In this document: positions 30,563 through 40,849 of the stretch, in pieces
How the letters are laid out: each line of letters starts with the position of its first letter
Numbering within the stretch: position 1 is the stretch's first letter
Source of the DNA: an uncultured delta proteobacterium
GTDB taxonomy: Bacteria; Desulfobacterota; RBG-13-43-22
DNA length: 64,000 nt
Assembly (NCBI GenBank): GCA_963711835.1
Contig: CAVQFQ010000017.1
Span: 416,001-480,000, forward strand
Reading direction: 5' to 3'
Position numbers and translations under genes: made by a program
Notes under the pieces: generated by a model
Told to the model about the DNA's origin: nothing
What the model saw: only the letters and a program-made list of their open reading frames with translations
The model's database searches: none

Positions 30563-32257
30563 TTGAACACATTGGAATCGAACCCTGAAGTCCGAACCTC
30601 TCCCTCTCTGGTGGATATCATCCCCTTGGGGGGGTTGGGGGAAATCGGCCTCAATATGCTCCTTCTGCAATACCAGGATCATATCCTGGTGATCGATGCC
30701 GGCCTGATGTTCCCGGAAGACACCATGTTGGGGGTGGATATCGTTATCCCGGACTTCAGTTACCTGCTGAAAAACAGGGAACATATCCGGGCGATTATCT
30801 TGACCCACGGCCATGAAGACCACATCGGGGCCCTGCCCTTTCTCCTCAAGGAACTGGCCGTACCGGTTTACGGCTCCCGATTTACCCTGGAACTGGTCAA
30901 GGAAAAATTAAAAGAACATCGGCTTTTAAGCTCTACCGATTTGCGGCAGGTTTCTCATCAGGAGATCCTGGACCTGGGACCCTTCAAAGTAGAATTCATC
31001 CGGGTTACCCACAGCATCCCGGATGGATTCGGGCTGGCTGTCCAAACCCCGGTGGGCACCTTGGTCCATTCCGGGGATTTCAAAATCGACCAAACCCCCT
31101 TAGGCGGGGTGGTTACCGACATCAACACCTTTGCGGCCTATGGGGCGGAAGGGGTCCTGGCCCTGCTATCCGATTCGACCAATGTGGAACGGGAAGGCTA
31201 CACCCTTTCGGAGAAGAGGATAGGGGAAACCCTGGACCAGATCATGCGGGAATGCCAAGGCCGGGTGATTGTGGCGGTTTTTGCCTCCAATATCCACCGC
31301 ATCCAGCAGATCGTCGATTCAGCGCTTCGCAACCAGCGCAAGATCGTTTTTAACGGCAAGAGCATGGTTACCAACTGCCGCATAGCCCGGGAAATGGGCT
31401 ACCTGAACCTTCCCCCCAGGATGGAATTGTCCCTGGGAGAAATGTCCCAGGTGCCGGAGTCCCAGGTGGCCATTATCACCACCGGCAGCCAGGCCGAACC
31501 CATGTCCTCCCTGACCCGGATCGCCATGGCCGACCATAAGCAGATAAAGATTAAAAAAGGGGATACGGTCATTCTTTCTTCCCGGTTTATCCCTGGAAAC
31601 GAAAAGGCCATTAACGGTTTAATCAACAACCTCTACCGCTTCGGGGCCGAAGTGATTTATGAAAAGGTGTCCGAGATCCATGTTTCCGGCCACGCCAACC
31701 AGGAAGAATTAAAATTGATGCTGCATCTCACCAAGCCCCAATACTTTATTCCTATCCACGGGGAATACCGTCATCTGGTCAAGCACGCCCAATTGGCCCA
31801 AAAGATCGGCCTGGCACCTGAAAAAATCATCCTGGCCGAGAACGGCCAGGTCATCCGCTTCAATGCCTCGGAAGGATGGCTGGCCGACCAGGTCGAGGTG
31901 GGCCGGGTCTTTGTGGACGGCCGAGGCGTAGGGGACGTGGACCAACTTATTCTGCGGGACCGGCGGCACTTGTCCAACGAAGGACTGATCGTGGTTTTTA
32001 TGGTCCTGAATAATCAGACCGGCGATCTCCTTTCCGGACCGGAGTTTATCTCCCGGGGATTTCTTCCGGAGGAGGACTATCCGGAATTGATCCAAGAGGC
32101 CAAGAACCGGGTTCAGGAAATCCTGGTCCTGCGTCAAACCGAAAACAAGAAAAATTGGCCGGAAATCCAGGAAGAAATTCGAAAGACCCTGCAGCGTTTT
32201 TTTGTCAAGGCCCTGGAAAGAAGACCGGTGGTGCTTCCCATCATCATCCCCATGTGA
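30563..32257 (+). CDS. rnj: Ribonuclease J
   Basis: PLGGLGEIG, THGHEDHIG, HVSGHA and PIHGEYR motifs. Confidence 0.96.
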   Translation: MNTLESNPEVRTSPSLVDIIPLGGLGEIGLNMLLLQYQDHILVIDAGLMFPEDTMLGVDIVIPDFSYLLKNREHIRAIILTHGHEDHIGALPFLLKELAVPVYGSRFTLELVKEKLKEHRLLSSTDLRQVSHQEILDLGPFKVEFIRVTHSIPDGFGLAVQTPVGTLVHSGDFKIDQTPLGGVVTDINTFAAYGAEGVLALLSDSTNVEREGYTLSEKRIGETLDQIMRECQGRVIVAVFASNIHRIQQIVDSALRNQRKIVFNGKSMVTNCRIAREMGYLNLPPRMELSLGEMSQVPESQVAIITTGSQAEPMSSLTRIAMADHKQIKIKKGDTVILSSRFIPGNEKAINGLINNLYRFGAEVIYEKVSEIHVSGHANQEELKLMLHLTKPQYFIPIHGEYRHLVKHAQLAQKIGLAPEKIILAENGQVIRFNASEGWLADQVEVGRVFVDGRGVGDVDQLILRDRRHLSNEGLIVVFMVLNNQTGDLLSGPEFISRGFLPEEDYPELIQEAKNRVQEILVLRQTENKKNWPEIQEEIRKTLQRFFVKALERRPVVLPIIIPM

Positions 32258-32271
32258 GGGGACGAGAGGCC

Positions 32272-34446
32272 ATGCCCAAAGAACCTAAAAATAAATCCCT
32301 TTATTATGAGATCCTGGGGATTTTCCTGGGAGCCATCGGCATTGGCCTGCTCCTGAGCCTCCTCTCCCACCATGCCGTTGATCCTTCATTTAGTTCGCCC
32401 CAAGCCGGGAACGTGGCCGTTAAAAACTGGATCGGACGCATCGGTTCTTATTCCTCGGCCTTCCTGTTCGATTGGCTGGGCCTGGCCGCCTTCTGGTTGT
32501 GCCTTATTTTTTTTCAGTTGGCCTGGTTTTCCTTTAAATCCGAACGTCAGGCCACCCCGGCCTGGTATGCCCTCGGCTATCTCCTGCTGATTTTTTCCAG
32601 CGCTTCCCTGCTGTCCGCCTGGAAGGAGAATTTCCAATATTTCGGTTGGAACTTCCCCTGGGGCGGGGTGGTGGGTCTGGTGGTCTTCCAACGCATCGAG
32701 CGGTTTCTCAACCCGCCGGGGACCCATATCTTCTTACTCGCCTTTCTGCTGATCGGATTCATTTTAATCAGCCGGGTTTCTCTGGCCCGGGCGGCGGAGC
32801 GGTTTCAGGTCCGTCTCTCCGGACAAGTAAGCCGGTTTCGGGATGACTACCAGAAAAAAAGGGAGCGCAAGAGAAAGGCCAGGGTCCTAAAAGTCGAGCA
32901 GGAACAACAGAAGGAGAAAGAAGTCCGCCCGCCGGTGATCGTTCAGGGTCCGCTGGTCAAGGCCGCCCCTCCTCCCCGACCCAAGGTTCAGCAGGAACAA
33001 TTCGCTTTTATGAAGGACCCGGGGGATTTCCAATTGCCGCCCCTGTCCCTGTTGGATGTTTATGAGAAAAAAGACCAGGAGATTCATCAGCAAAGCCTGA
33101 TCATGAACTCCCGGCTCCTGGAAAAAAAATTAAAGGACTTCGGTGTGGACGGGCAGGTCACCGAAGTCTCTCCCGGTCCGGTCATTACCATGTATGAATT
33201 TGAACCGGCCCCGGGCGTGAAAATCAGCCGCATTACCGGCTTGGCCGATGATCTGGCCATGGCCATGCGGGCCGTCAGTATCCGGATCGTGGCTCCCTTG
33301 CCGGGCAAGGCGGTGATCGGCATCGAAATCCCCAACAGCCAGCGTGAGACGGTCGGATTAAAAGAAATCCTGGCCTCCCAGGAATTTATGGGCTCCAAGG
33401 CCAGACTGACCCTGGCCCTGGGCATGGACATCCTGGGCCTCCCGGTGGTGACCAACCTGGCCAGGATGCCTCATCTCCTGATCGCCGGTGCCACCGGCAC
33501 CGGGAAAAGCGTATCCCTGAACGCCATGATCAGCAGCATCCTTTTCAAGGCCAGACCCGAAGAAGTCCGTTTCTTCCTGATCGATCCGAAACGCATTGAG
33601 CTCCTGCCTTACGAAGGGATCCCCCATTTGCTGCATGAAGTGGTGACCGATGCCAAGATGGCCACCCGGGTCCTGCGCTGGGCCATCCGAGAGATGGAAG
33701 ACCGCTATAAAAAGATGGCCGATAAAGGGGCCCGGAATATCGATACCTACAACCAGCGGCTTCTGAAGGACCGCAAAGGGGGGGAATCGGGGAAATATCC
33801 CGAGGAATGGTTGCCCTATGTGGTCATTGTCATCGATGAACTGGCCGACTTGATGATGGTCTCCACCCGGGAGGTGGAAGAATATCTGACCCGGCTGGCC
33901 CAGATGGCCCGGGCGGCCGGGATCCATCTGCTCATTGCCACCCAGCGCCCTTCGGTGGATGTATTGACCGGGATCATCAAGGCCAATTTCCCGGCCCGGA
34001 TTTCCTTCCAGGTTTCCTCCAAGACCGATTCCAGGACCATCCTGGATGCCAATGGGGCCGAAGCCCTGCTGGGATCAGGGGATATGCTTTTCCTGCCTCC
34101 CGGGGTCTCCAAACTGCAGCGAATTCACGGGGCCTTCGTCTCGGAGGCCGAAATCAAGCGCCTGACCGATTTTCTGAAGAAGCAAAAAGAAACGGTCTAC
34201 GACGAAACCCTGCTGGAAGTGGAGGAGGCCGAAACAGCCGAAGGGGATGAGGACCTGGACGAGAAATATGAAGCGGCCCTCAGACTGGTCAGGGAGACCC
34301 GCCAGGTCTCCATTTCCATGATTCAGAGGAAACTGCGCATCGGCTACAACCGGGCCGCCCGCTTGGTGGAAATCATGGAGCGGGAAGGGATCGTCAGTTC
34401 TTCAGAAGGAGGCCGGCCCCGTGAACTGCTGCAAAAAAATTTTTAA
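32272..34446 (+). CDS. ftsK: DNA translocase FtsK
   Basis: N-terminal TMs, GATGTGKS, IDELADLM, ATQRPSVD and gamma domain IGYNRAAR. Confidence 0.96.
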   Translation: MPKEPKNKSLYYEILGIFLGAIGIGLLLSLLSHHAVDPSFSSPQAGNVAVKNWIGRIGSYSSAFLFDWLGLAAFWLCLIFFQLAWFSFKSERQATPAWYALGYLLLIFSSASLLSAWKENFQYFGWNFPWGGVVGLVVFQRIERFLNPPGTHIFLLAFLLIGFILISRVSLARAAERFQVRLSGQVSRFRDDYQKKRERKRKARVLKVEQEQQKEKEVRPPVIVQGPLVKAAPPPRPKVQQEQFAFMKDPGDFQLPPLSLLDVYEKKDQEIHQQSLIMNSRLLEKKLKDFGVDGQVTEVSPGPVITMYEFEPAPGVKISRITGLADDLAMAMRAVSIRIVAPLPGKAVIGIEIPNSQRETVGLKEILASQEFMGSKARLTLALGMDILGLPVVTNLARMPHLLIAGATGTGKSVSLNAMISSILFKARPEEVRFFLIDPKRIELLPYEGIPHLLHEVVTDAKMATRVLRWAIREMEDRYKKMADKGARNIDTYNQRLLKDRKGGESGKYPEEWLPYVVIVIDELADLMMVSTREVEEYLTRLAQMARAAGIHLLIATQRPSVDVLTGIIKANFPARISFQVSSKTDSRTILDANGAEALLGSGDMLFLPPGVSKLQRIHGAFVSEAEIKRLTDFLKKQKETVYDETLLEVEEAETAEGDEDLDEKYEAALRLVRETRQVSISMIQRKLRIGYNRAARLVEIMEREGIVSSSEGGRPRELLQKNF

Positions 34447-34492
34447 GCCCTCGGCGGCCATTCAGGCGCTGAGGAATCAGGTGGGGTGGTCA

Positions 34493-35197
34493 ATGAACAA
34501 AGCAATCCTGTTTTCTTTAGGGGTCCTGTTCGTCCTCTGTTTTTCCCCGGTCCCGATTCCGGCCCAGACCGATGGGGATCTGGATCAAATCCTGAGCCGG
34601 TTGAAAGACCGCTTCGGATCGGCCAAGACCTTTCAAGCCGATTATCTGAGGGATCTCCTGCCCAAGGTGCCCTCCCAATTGCCTCCCCAGTCTTTGCAGG
34701 CTGAAGGGCAGCTTTCCTTCCGGTCGCCCGGCAAGCTTCGCCTGGTCCAAAAAAAACCCCGGTCCGAGCAATTAATCAGTAATGGAGAAAAGGTCTGGTG
34801 GTATGTGCCCGAAGAGAAAGTGGTCTATGTCTATGCCTTGAAGGATTATTATCTCCAGATTAAACCCATCCTGGATTTCTTATCCGGTTTGGGGAGGTTG
34901 GATCAGCATTACCGGGTAAGTCCGGATCCCTCGGTACCTCCGGAGGCTTCTTACTCCGGGCTTATCCTGGAGCCCAAGACCCCCCAAGCGGACCTGAACC
35001 GGATTTTTCTCAAGATCTCCAAATCAACCTTCCTGCCGGTTGAATTTTCCTTTTACAATGTCCTGGGAGACGGCACCCGCTTCCGCTTCAGCCGGATCCA
35101 GAGCGGTCACAGCCTGGCCGATTCCCTGTTCAATTTTACCCCGCCCCCGGGGACGGAATCGGTTTCGCAGACTCCTCAACCGTCTCCCAAGAAGTAG
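34493..35197 (+). CDS. lolA: Outer-membrane lipoprotein carrier LolA
   Basis: Signal peptide, FQAD, G..F..PGK, SNGEKVWWY.P and F.FTPP; follows ftsK. Confidence 0.85.
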   Translation: MNKAILFSLGVLFVLCFSPVPIPAQTDGDLDQILSRLKDRFGSAKTFQADYLRDLLPKVPSQLPPQSLQAEGQLSFRSPGKLRLVQKKPRSEQLISNGEKVWWYVPEEKVVYVYALKDYYLQIKPILDFLSGLGRLDQHYRVSPDPSVPPEASYSGLILEPKTPQADLNRIFLKISKSTFLPVEFSFYNVLGDGTRFRFSRIQSGHSLADSLFNFTPPPGTESVSQTPQPSPKK

Positions 35198-36620
35198 GGA
35201 TATAAAAAATCCGCCAGCGGCGTTTCAGGCCTTCCCGTCGATAGCCCAGCAGGCCTTTGAGCAGGGAAAACTCCAGCGTTTCCTTTTCGCTAACATAGCT
35301 GAAGAGAAAGCCGACCTCGATCCGGCGGGACTCTTTTTCCTTTCGATGGTAATAGAGTCCCCAGAGGAATTTGGAGACCTCTTTCCCCCGGCCGTCCTGG
35401 TAATATTCATACAGCCTGAAGAGCAACCCGTAATGACGCTCGAACCCCTCCCAATCCACCGGCATCAGGTCCGGAAAATAAAAATGGACCATGCCCCGGC
35501 CGTCTTCGGCATAGCGGAAGAGCGGCCAGATTTTGGTCACCCGCTCCCAGCGGTCTTCTTTCTTCCAATAGACCTGATGCACTTTAGTGATCATCATAAA
35601 ACGATTCAGGACCTCATCTCTTTCTTCATCCTCTTCCTTTTCCTGCCGATAGACGAACCAGAACAGAGAAAGCTTCTCACGCGCCTCCACCTTGCGATAG
35701 GTGACCAGGGGCCAGAGATTCAGAGCCAGGGTTTTTTCTCCCCGGGCATACTGAAAAAAGGGCCAGGGCAAATCCCATTGAACGTAATCAAAATTTTTCT
35801 CGGAGTAATAGTTGAAAAAAGGCCAGAGCAGGATGACCTTTTTTTCATTGGGGGATTCCTCGGAGAGATAAAATGGAAACAGGTAGAAAGAGGTCTTGGG
35901 ATAATCGGTATCCAGATATTCCTTTTGATAATGGCCGATGGGCCAGAGGAAAAAAGTCTTTTGAAAGGCCCCTTGACCCTGCTGTTCCTCATGGCCGTAG
36001 AAGGGCCAAATTCTGAATCCCTTCCGGTCTCCGCCTTCGGTCCAGGAGATGACCGGCCAGAGGAGGTGATGGGTGTGGGTTTCCCCTTCGCGGATATGGG
36101 TATAAAGAGGCCACAAAACAAAGCGGATTTCATCCCGGGCAAAGCGGCCTTTGAATTGACCGCCGAAAGGAAAAAACCCGCCATAGGCCTCTCCTTGGCT
36201 GTTTTTTCCCCAGAAAAGGAGAATCAGGTCCGTCTGCTCCTTTTCACCCTCCTCTTCGTTGAGGGATTTGTAAGAGGTAAAAAAAGGGATGAAGCGAACG
36301 AGCCGATATTCCGAAGTCTTCCGAACCCTTCCCAGGGGATAGAGAAATTCCAGTTCGTCGGTTTGATTCGTTAAATCTTCCCGATAAGAGAACAGGGGAC
36401 GGAAGGTCCGCTCCCTCTCCTCCGGGGTTTCCGTCTGGGAATAAAAAGGACCGGCCGCATCCAGGCGGCGGACCTTCTTTTCGGGATCGGTTTGGATGTG
36501 AAAGAAAGGGGCGACGTTTTCCGGGGCAAGATCTTGGGCAAGATGAGCACAACCGGAAGCTAAGCAGGCCGATAAGGCTATGAGTATTATGAATAAGGGT
36601 CCAAGGGTTCGAGGGTTCAT
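35136..36620 (-). CDS. Hypothetical lipoprotein built of aromatic (L/I/F)WP(F/L) repeats, last gene of the mlaEFD unit
   Basis: Lipobox LASGC; many short repeats such as LWPLY, IWPFY, LWPIG, LWPFF, LPWPFF, IWPLF separated by charged turns. Confidence 0.75.
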   Translation of the reverse strand: MNPRTLGPLFIILIALSACLASGCAHLAQDLAPENVAPFFHIQTDPEKKVRRLDAAGPFYSQTETPEERERTFRPLFSYREDLTNQTDELEFLYPLGRVRKTSEYRLVRFIPFFTSYKSLNEEEGEKEQTDLILLFWGKNSQGEAYGGFFPFGGQFKGRFARDEIRFVLWPLYTHIREGETHTHHLLWPVISWTEGGDRKGFRIWPFYGHEEQQGQGAFQKTFFLWPIGHYQKEYLDTDYPKTSFYLFPFYLSEESPNEKKVILLWPFFNYYSEKNFDYVQWDLPWPFFQYARGEKTLALNLWPLVTYRKVEAREKLSLFWFVYRQEKEEDEERDEVLNRFMMITKVHQVYWKKEDRWERVTKIWPLFRYAEDGRGMVHFYFPDLMPVDWEGFERHYGLLFRLYEYYQDGRGKEVSKFLWGLYYHRKEKESRRIEVGFLFSYVSEKETLEFSLLKGLLGYRREGLKRRWRIFYIPTSWETVEESAKPIPSPGAG

Positions 36621-36695
36621 GGGTCCAAGCTTATAACGTTCGTCGTTTTCCTCTTTTCGCCGAACTCCGAACGCACTCCACCGAACGGTTTCGTC

Positions 36696-37736
36696 CTACT
36701 TAATGATGGTCCCGATGATGGTCCCTAAAATGCTTACCGGAACCTGTTCCTGAAGCCCCTCGGTGGCCTTGGTGACACTGCGCAGGGTGTACTTGGTTTC
36801 TTTATACAAGGAGTCGTCGTTGACTAATTTCCCCAGGGTCCCTTCCCCCTGATTGATTTTTTGCGTGGTTTGATTCAAATTGGCAATCGTTTCCTTGGCT
36901 TCCTTATAGAGGCTGTCGTCGTTGACTAATTTCCCCAGGGTCCCTTCCCCGGAATCAATCTTCTGGGCCACTTTTTCCAAGCTGTTCAAGGTCCTCCTGC
37001 TGTCGTTATAGAATTCTTCGTCCTTGAGAAATTTTCCCAGCGTTCCCCGCCCCTCGCGGACCTCCGTCATGGTGTCCTTTAAACCGGTCACGGTAGCCCT
37101 CATATCCCGGTACAGGGCATCGTCACGGATCAATTTACCCATGGTCCCCTCCCCGTGGGTAAGGCCCAGGGTGATGCTCCGGATATCCTCGGTGGTTTTT
37201 TTGACATTCGCAAAGGTTTCTTTCAGGGTATTCTTACCCTCCTCCGTCCCGATGACTTCTTCCAGACTCTGGGTCACGGACCGGATATTGTCCATGGCCG
37301 GTAAAGCCTTGGCTAAAAGATGATCCAGTTCAATGGTTGATCGGGTCTGGGTAATGACGCCGCCGGCCGCCAGACGCTGACCTTTCTCGGTACCGGGTTC
37401 AAGATCGATATATTTATCCCCCAGGACGCCCTTGGTCCGGATGACGGCCCTGGCATCCGAATAGACGGGGATATCCTTGCGTATGGTCATGGTTACCTTG
37501 GCCTGATTGCCGATCAATTTAACCTCCTTGACCCGCCCCACTTCGATGCCGGCCACCTCAATCGGGCTGTTGACGACTAAACCGGAAACCGAGTCGAAAA
37601 GGGCCATAACCTCATAACCCTTGGCTGATTTGATCTTGTATTTTTCTAATCGCAGGGTCATGTAGGCCAGGACCACCAGACCGATAAAAACAAAAATGCC
37701 CACCTTGATCTCGGTGCTTACTCCCTTTTTCTCCAT
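36696..37736 (-). CDS. mlaD: MlaD/MCE-family protein with extended helical repeat region
   Basis: EIKVG TM, MCE domain (F..VSGL, AGIEVGRV, GVLGDKYI.L.PG), four GEGTLGKL-type repeats. Confidence 0.9.
   Translation of the reverse strand: MEKKGVSTEIKVGIFVFIGLVVLAYMTLRLEKYKIKSAKGYEVMALFDSVSGLVVNSPIEVAGIEVGRVKEVKLIGNQAKVTMTIRKDIPVYSDARAVIRTKGVLGDKYIDLEPGTEKGQRLAAGGVITQTRSTIELDHLLAKALPAMDNIRSVTQSLEEVIGTEEGKNTLKETFANVKKTTEDIRSITLGLTHGEGTMGKLIRDDALYRDMRATVTGLKDTMTEVREGRGTLGKFLKDEEFYNDSRRTLNSLEKVAQKIDSGEGTLGKLVNDDSLYKEAKETIANLNQTTQKINQGEGTLGKLVNDDSLYKETKYTLRSVTKATEGLQEQVPVSILGTIIGTIIK
36747..37154 (-). repeat. Four tandem 102-bp (34-aa) repeats inside mlaD
   Basis: Identical 36-mer at 36813 and 36915 (period 102); GEGTMGKL, GRGTLGKF, GEGTLGKL and GEGTLGKL. 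Confidence 0.85.
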
Positions 37737-37767
37737 AAAAACCTCCTTTGGGCTGTGAACCCTTCCC

Positions 37768-38496
37768 TCAGCGACAAAGAGGGGACAAAAATTCCCGAAC
37801 AATGGGATCGGATGACTCTTGAAAGACCTGTGGAGTCCCCTCGATTATGATCTTCCCTTCGTAAAGCATGGCAATGTTATGGGCGATCTGGAAAACACTC
37901 TGGATATCATGGCTGATAACCACACAGGTCATTTTGAATCGCTGTTGGGTATCCATAATCAAACGATCAATGGAAGCGGTCAGGATCGGATCCAAACCGG
38001 TGGTCGGTTCATCAAAAAGGAGAATGTCGGGCTCCAGGGCCATGGCCCTGGCCAGGGCCACCCGTTTGCGCATGCCGCCGCTCAATTCGGCGGGCATCTT
38101 TTCCTCTACCCCGGAAAGACCGACCAGTTCCAGCTTTTCGGCCACCAGCTTTCTGATTTCGCTTCCTTTTAATTGTTTATGCTCCCGGATGGGAAAGGCC
38201 ACATTCTCCCCGACATTCATGGAATCGAAAAGGGCGCCTTCCTGAAAAAGCATCCCGAACCGCTTCCGGATTTTATAAAGCTCTTTCTCGCTCATGCGGA
38301 CCAGGTCCTGGCCATCCACCCAGATCTCCCCATCGTCAGGCCGGAAAAGCCCGATGATATGTTTCAGGAGAACACTTTTCCCACCCCCGCTCCTTCCGAT
38401 AATCACCGTGGTTTGACCGGTGGGGATGGACAGGTTCAGATCCTTTAGAACCGATTGCTTTTTAAACGATTTGCTTAGATTAACGAGCCGGATCAT
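37768..38496 (-). CDS. mlaF: Mla/MCE ABC transporter ATP-binding protein
   Basis: GRSGGGKS, FQEGALFDS, LSGGMRKR and DEPTTGLDP motifs. Confidence 0.92.
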   Translation of the reverse strand: MIRLVNLSKSFKKQSVLKDLNLSIPTGQTTVIIGRSGGGKSVLLKHIIGLFRPDDGEIWVDGQDLVRMSEKELYKIRKRFGMLFQEGALFDSMNVGENVAFPIREHKQLKGSEIRKLVAEKLELVGLSGVEEKMPAELSGGMRKRVALARAMALEPDILLFDEPTTGLDPILTASIDRLIMDTQQRFKMTCVVISHDIQSVFQIAHNIAMLYEGKIIIEGTPQVFQESSDPIVREFLSPLCR

Positions 38497-38499
38497 AGG

Positions 38500-39273
38500 C
38501 TAAAAAAGAAGTGAGGTAAGCACATAGGTCCCGATTAGGATGCAAACCGAAGAGATGACCACGGCCTCGGTGGTCGCCCGCCCCACTCCTTCCGCTCCTC
38601 CGCTGGTATGATAGCCTTTGTAGCACCCGACCAGGGTCAGGATGAGGCCAAAGACAATGGATTTGACCAGGCCTTGAACCAGATCGGCTAATTCCAGCAT
38701 CTCGATCATTTTGTTCATATAGACCCCGGAATTGATCCCCAGCAGAATGACCCCGACAAAATAGCCGCCGATGACTCCCACTAAAATATTGATGGCCGTC
38801 AGCAGGGGAACCATCAAAATGCCGGCCCAGATCCGGGGAACCACCAGGTAATGAATGGGATTGATGGCCATGATCTGCAGGGCATCGATCTGCTCGGTAA
38901 CCCGCATGGTTCCTATCTCGGCGGCGATACCCGAACCGGCGCGGGCATTGACCATCAAACCGGTCATTACCGGCCCCATTTCACGGGCCAGGGAAAGGGC
39001 CACAATGCCGCCCATCAAACTCTCCCCGCCGAATATTCGAAAGCCGTGGTAGCTCTGCAGGGCCAGGACCATGCCGGAGAAGACCCCGGTCAGGACAACG
39101 ATAAAGAGGGATTTAACCCCCACAAACTCCATCTGTTTGATCACGTTTCTCCCCCGGAAAGGCGGGACAAAGGTCATGGCCAAGGCCTTGAAGAGCATCA
39201 TCAGGATCCCGCCCAATTCATTCATCAAGGTTAGGACGGAATTCCCAAGCAGAAAAAAGAAATGTTGAACCAT
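38500..39273 (-). CDS. mlaE: Mla/MCE ABC transporter permease
   Basis: REMGPV, AEIGTMRVTEQIDAL and GGAEGVGRATT motifs. Confidence 0.93.
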   Translation of the reverse strand: MVQHFFFLLGNSVLTLMNELGGILMMLFKALAMTFVPPFRGRNVIKQMEFVGVKSLFIVVLTGVFSGMVLALQSYHGFRIFGGESLMGGIVALSLAREMGPVMTGLMVNARAGSGIAAEIGTMRVTEQIDALQIMAINPIHYLVVPRIWAGILMVPLLTAINILVGVIGGYFVGVILLGINSGVYMNKMIEMLELADLVQGLVKSIVFGLILTLVGCYKGYHTSGGAEGVGRATTEAVVISSVCILIGTYVLTSLLF

Positions 39274-39440
39274 AAATCCTTAAAGGGAAGTTCAGCGGAC
39301 GAATTAATCTCCTATCCTCTTAACTACCCGACACGGAGAAGTCAAGAAAAAACAATGGTCCCACTTTTGCTGAGTATTTGTTATAATTTAATAAAAAGGG
39401 GCGCCCGCCGCCTCCCGCCGCCAACGAAAAGGAGTAGGCT

Positions 39441-40070
39441 ATGACCGGAATCATTATCGTGGATATCCAGGGTGATTTTACGCAGCTCATGGACGGCCCC
39501 CTGGGTGTGCCGGGAACCAATCTGGATTATATCCACAAACTTCAAAAAGAGATCGAGCGCTTAAAGGGTTTGGGCTACCCCCTCTGGGCCAGCCAGGACT
39601 GGCATCCGGCCGATCATATCTCGTTCGTTACCAGCCATCCGGGGAAGAAGATTTTCGACCGGATTTCTGTCTCAGGAAGGGAACAAATTCTCTGGCCGCC
39701 CCACTGTCTTCAGGATACCTCGGGTGCGGAACTGTTGGTGGATACGAGCGGATTTGAAGGGGTCATCCGCAAGGGTCAGGACCCCGGATATGACAGTTAC
39801 TCTGTCTTTCAGGACGAGGGAGGTCACGAAACGGGACTCTTTACGCTTTTGAAAGAAAAGGGAATCAGAAAATTAGTCCTTTTCGGTATCGCCACCGATT
39901 ATTGTGTCCGGGCCACAGCCCTGGAGGCCAGAAAGCGGCGTTTTGAGACGATGGTCGTGACCGGACTCTGCCGGGGCGTCTCTCAAGAAACCACGGAGAA
40001 AGCCCTCAGGGAGATGCAGCTAAGCGGTGTGGTTCTCGTGGAGAACCTCGACTCCCTTTTGAGCCAGTAG
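39441..40070 (+). CDS. pncA: Nicotinamidase/pyrazinamidase (isochorismatase family)
   Basis: VDIQGDF, QDWHP..H.SF, WPPHC, KG.D...DSYS and GIATDYCV motifs. Confidence 0.9.
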   Translation: MTGIIIVDIQGDFTQLMDGPLGVPGTNLDYIHKLQKEIERLKGLGYPLWASQDWHPADHISFVTSHPGKKIFDRISVSGREQILWPPHCLQDTSGAELLVDTSGFEGVIRKGQDPGYDSYSVFQDEGGHETGLFTLLKEKGIRKLVLFGIATDYCVRATALEARKRRFETMVVTGLCRGVSQETTEKALREMQLSGVVLVENLDSLLSQ

Positions 40071-40148
40071 ACAGGATCTTAAAGGATGGAGCGGAAAGCA
40101 AAAAGTTCTTCTTTGCGTCCTTCGCGCCTTTGCGGTGAAAGTGAATCT

Positions 40149-40577
40149 CTATTCGCTCTGATTAGCCAGGGCCAAGGCGGCGGCGATTCGGGCCCCGATG
40201 GCCTTGATCTTTTCCAGGTCACCCTGATCCCGGCCGTGTTTCAAATCCGCCTTCGTCTTCTCCCACTGCGGGACCAGGTGAATATGGAAATGATCGACAA
40301 GCTGCCTGGCCACCTTGCCGTTAAGCTGGTAGATGATCATACCTTCGGGTTTTAGAGCCTCCTTGATAGCCATGGCCACCTTCTTGGACGTCCCTATGGC
40401 AGTGAGGAGATCTTTTTCCGTTATGTCAAAAATGGTCGGGTAGTGCCTCTTGGGGATGATCAGACAATGGCCGTCGGAACGGGGATTGATATCCAGGAAG
40501 GCCAGGGTCTCTTGGTCCTCAAAAACCGTTACTGCCGGAGCCTGGCCGGCAACAATCTTACAGAAAATACAATCCAT
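40149..40577 (-). CDS. HIT-family nucleotide hydrolase
   Basis: DCIFCKI, FLDINP, GH.LIIPK and HFHIHLV histidine triad. Confidence 0.93.
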   Translation of the reverse strand: MDCIFCKIVAGQAPAVTVFEDQETLAFLDINPRSDGHCLIIPKRHYPTIFDITEKDLLTAIGTSKKVAMAIKEALKPEGMIIYQLNGKVARQLVDHFHIHLVPQWEKTKADLKHGRDQGDLEKIKAIGARIAAALALANQSE

Positions 40578-40773
40578 AGGTGAAGGGTGCTCCTTTTAAA
40601 AGAGTCAGATCGTCTTTCTTTTGATCTTTTATAGAATCAGGGGGCTTTTTTCAATTATTTTCGTCTGGTGCCTCAAACCTGGGTCATAAGGGCAATCCAC
40701 GACCCTCCGACGAGAGTGCTTCTTGGATAATCCTGTTGACAGAAGGAGCCTTTCCGTTTATAAACTTTTCAGC

Positions 40774-40849
40774 GCGCCCATAGCTCAGTGGATAGAGCGC
40801 CGGACTACGAATCCGTAGGTCGGGTGTTCGAATCACCCTGGGCGCGCCA
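40774..40849 (+). tRNA. tRNA-Arg(ACG)
   Basis: GCGCCCATAGCTCAGTGGATAGAGC...CTACGAA...GTTCGAATC...GGGCGCGCCA; TTGACA-17-TATAAA upstream. Confidence 0.95.

Noticed and set aside
35040-36374. 444-aa plus-strand ORF
   Set aside because: Antisense to the lipobox-bearing repeat protein, which is co-oriented with mlaEFD.
40827-40849. attL/attR duplication of the tRNA-Arg 3' end
   Set aside because: No second copy found by eye in the window and no integrase.
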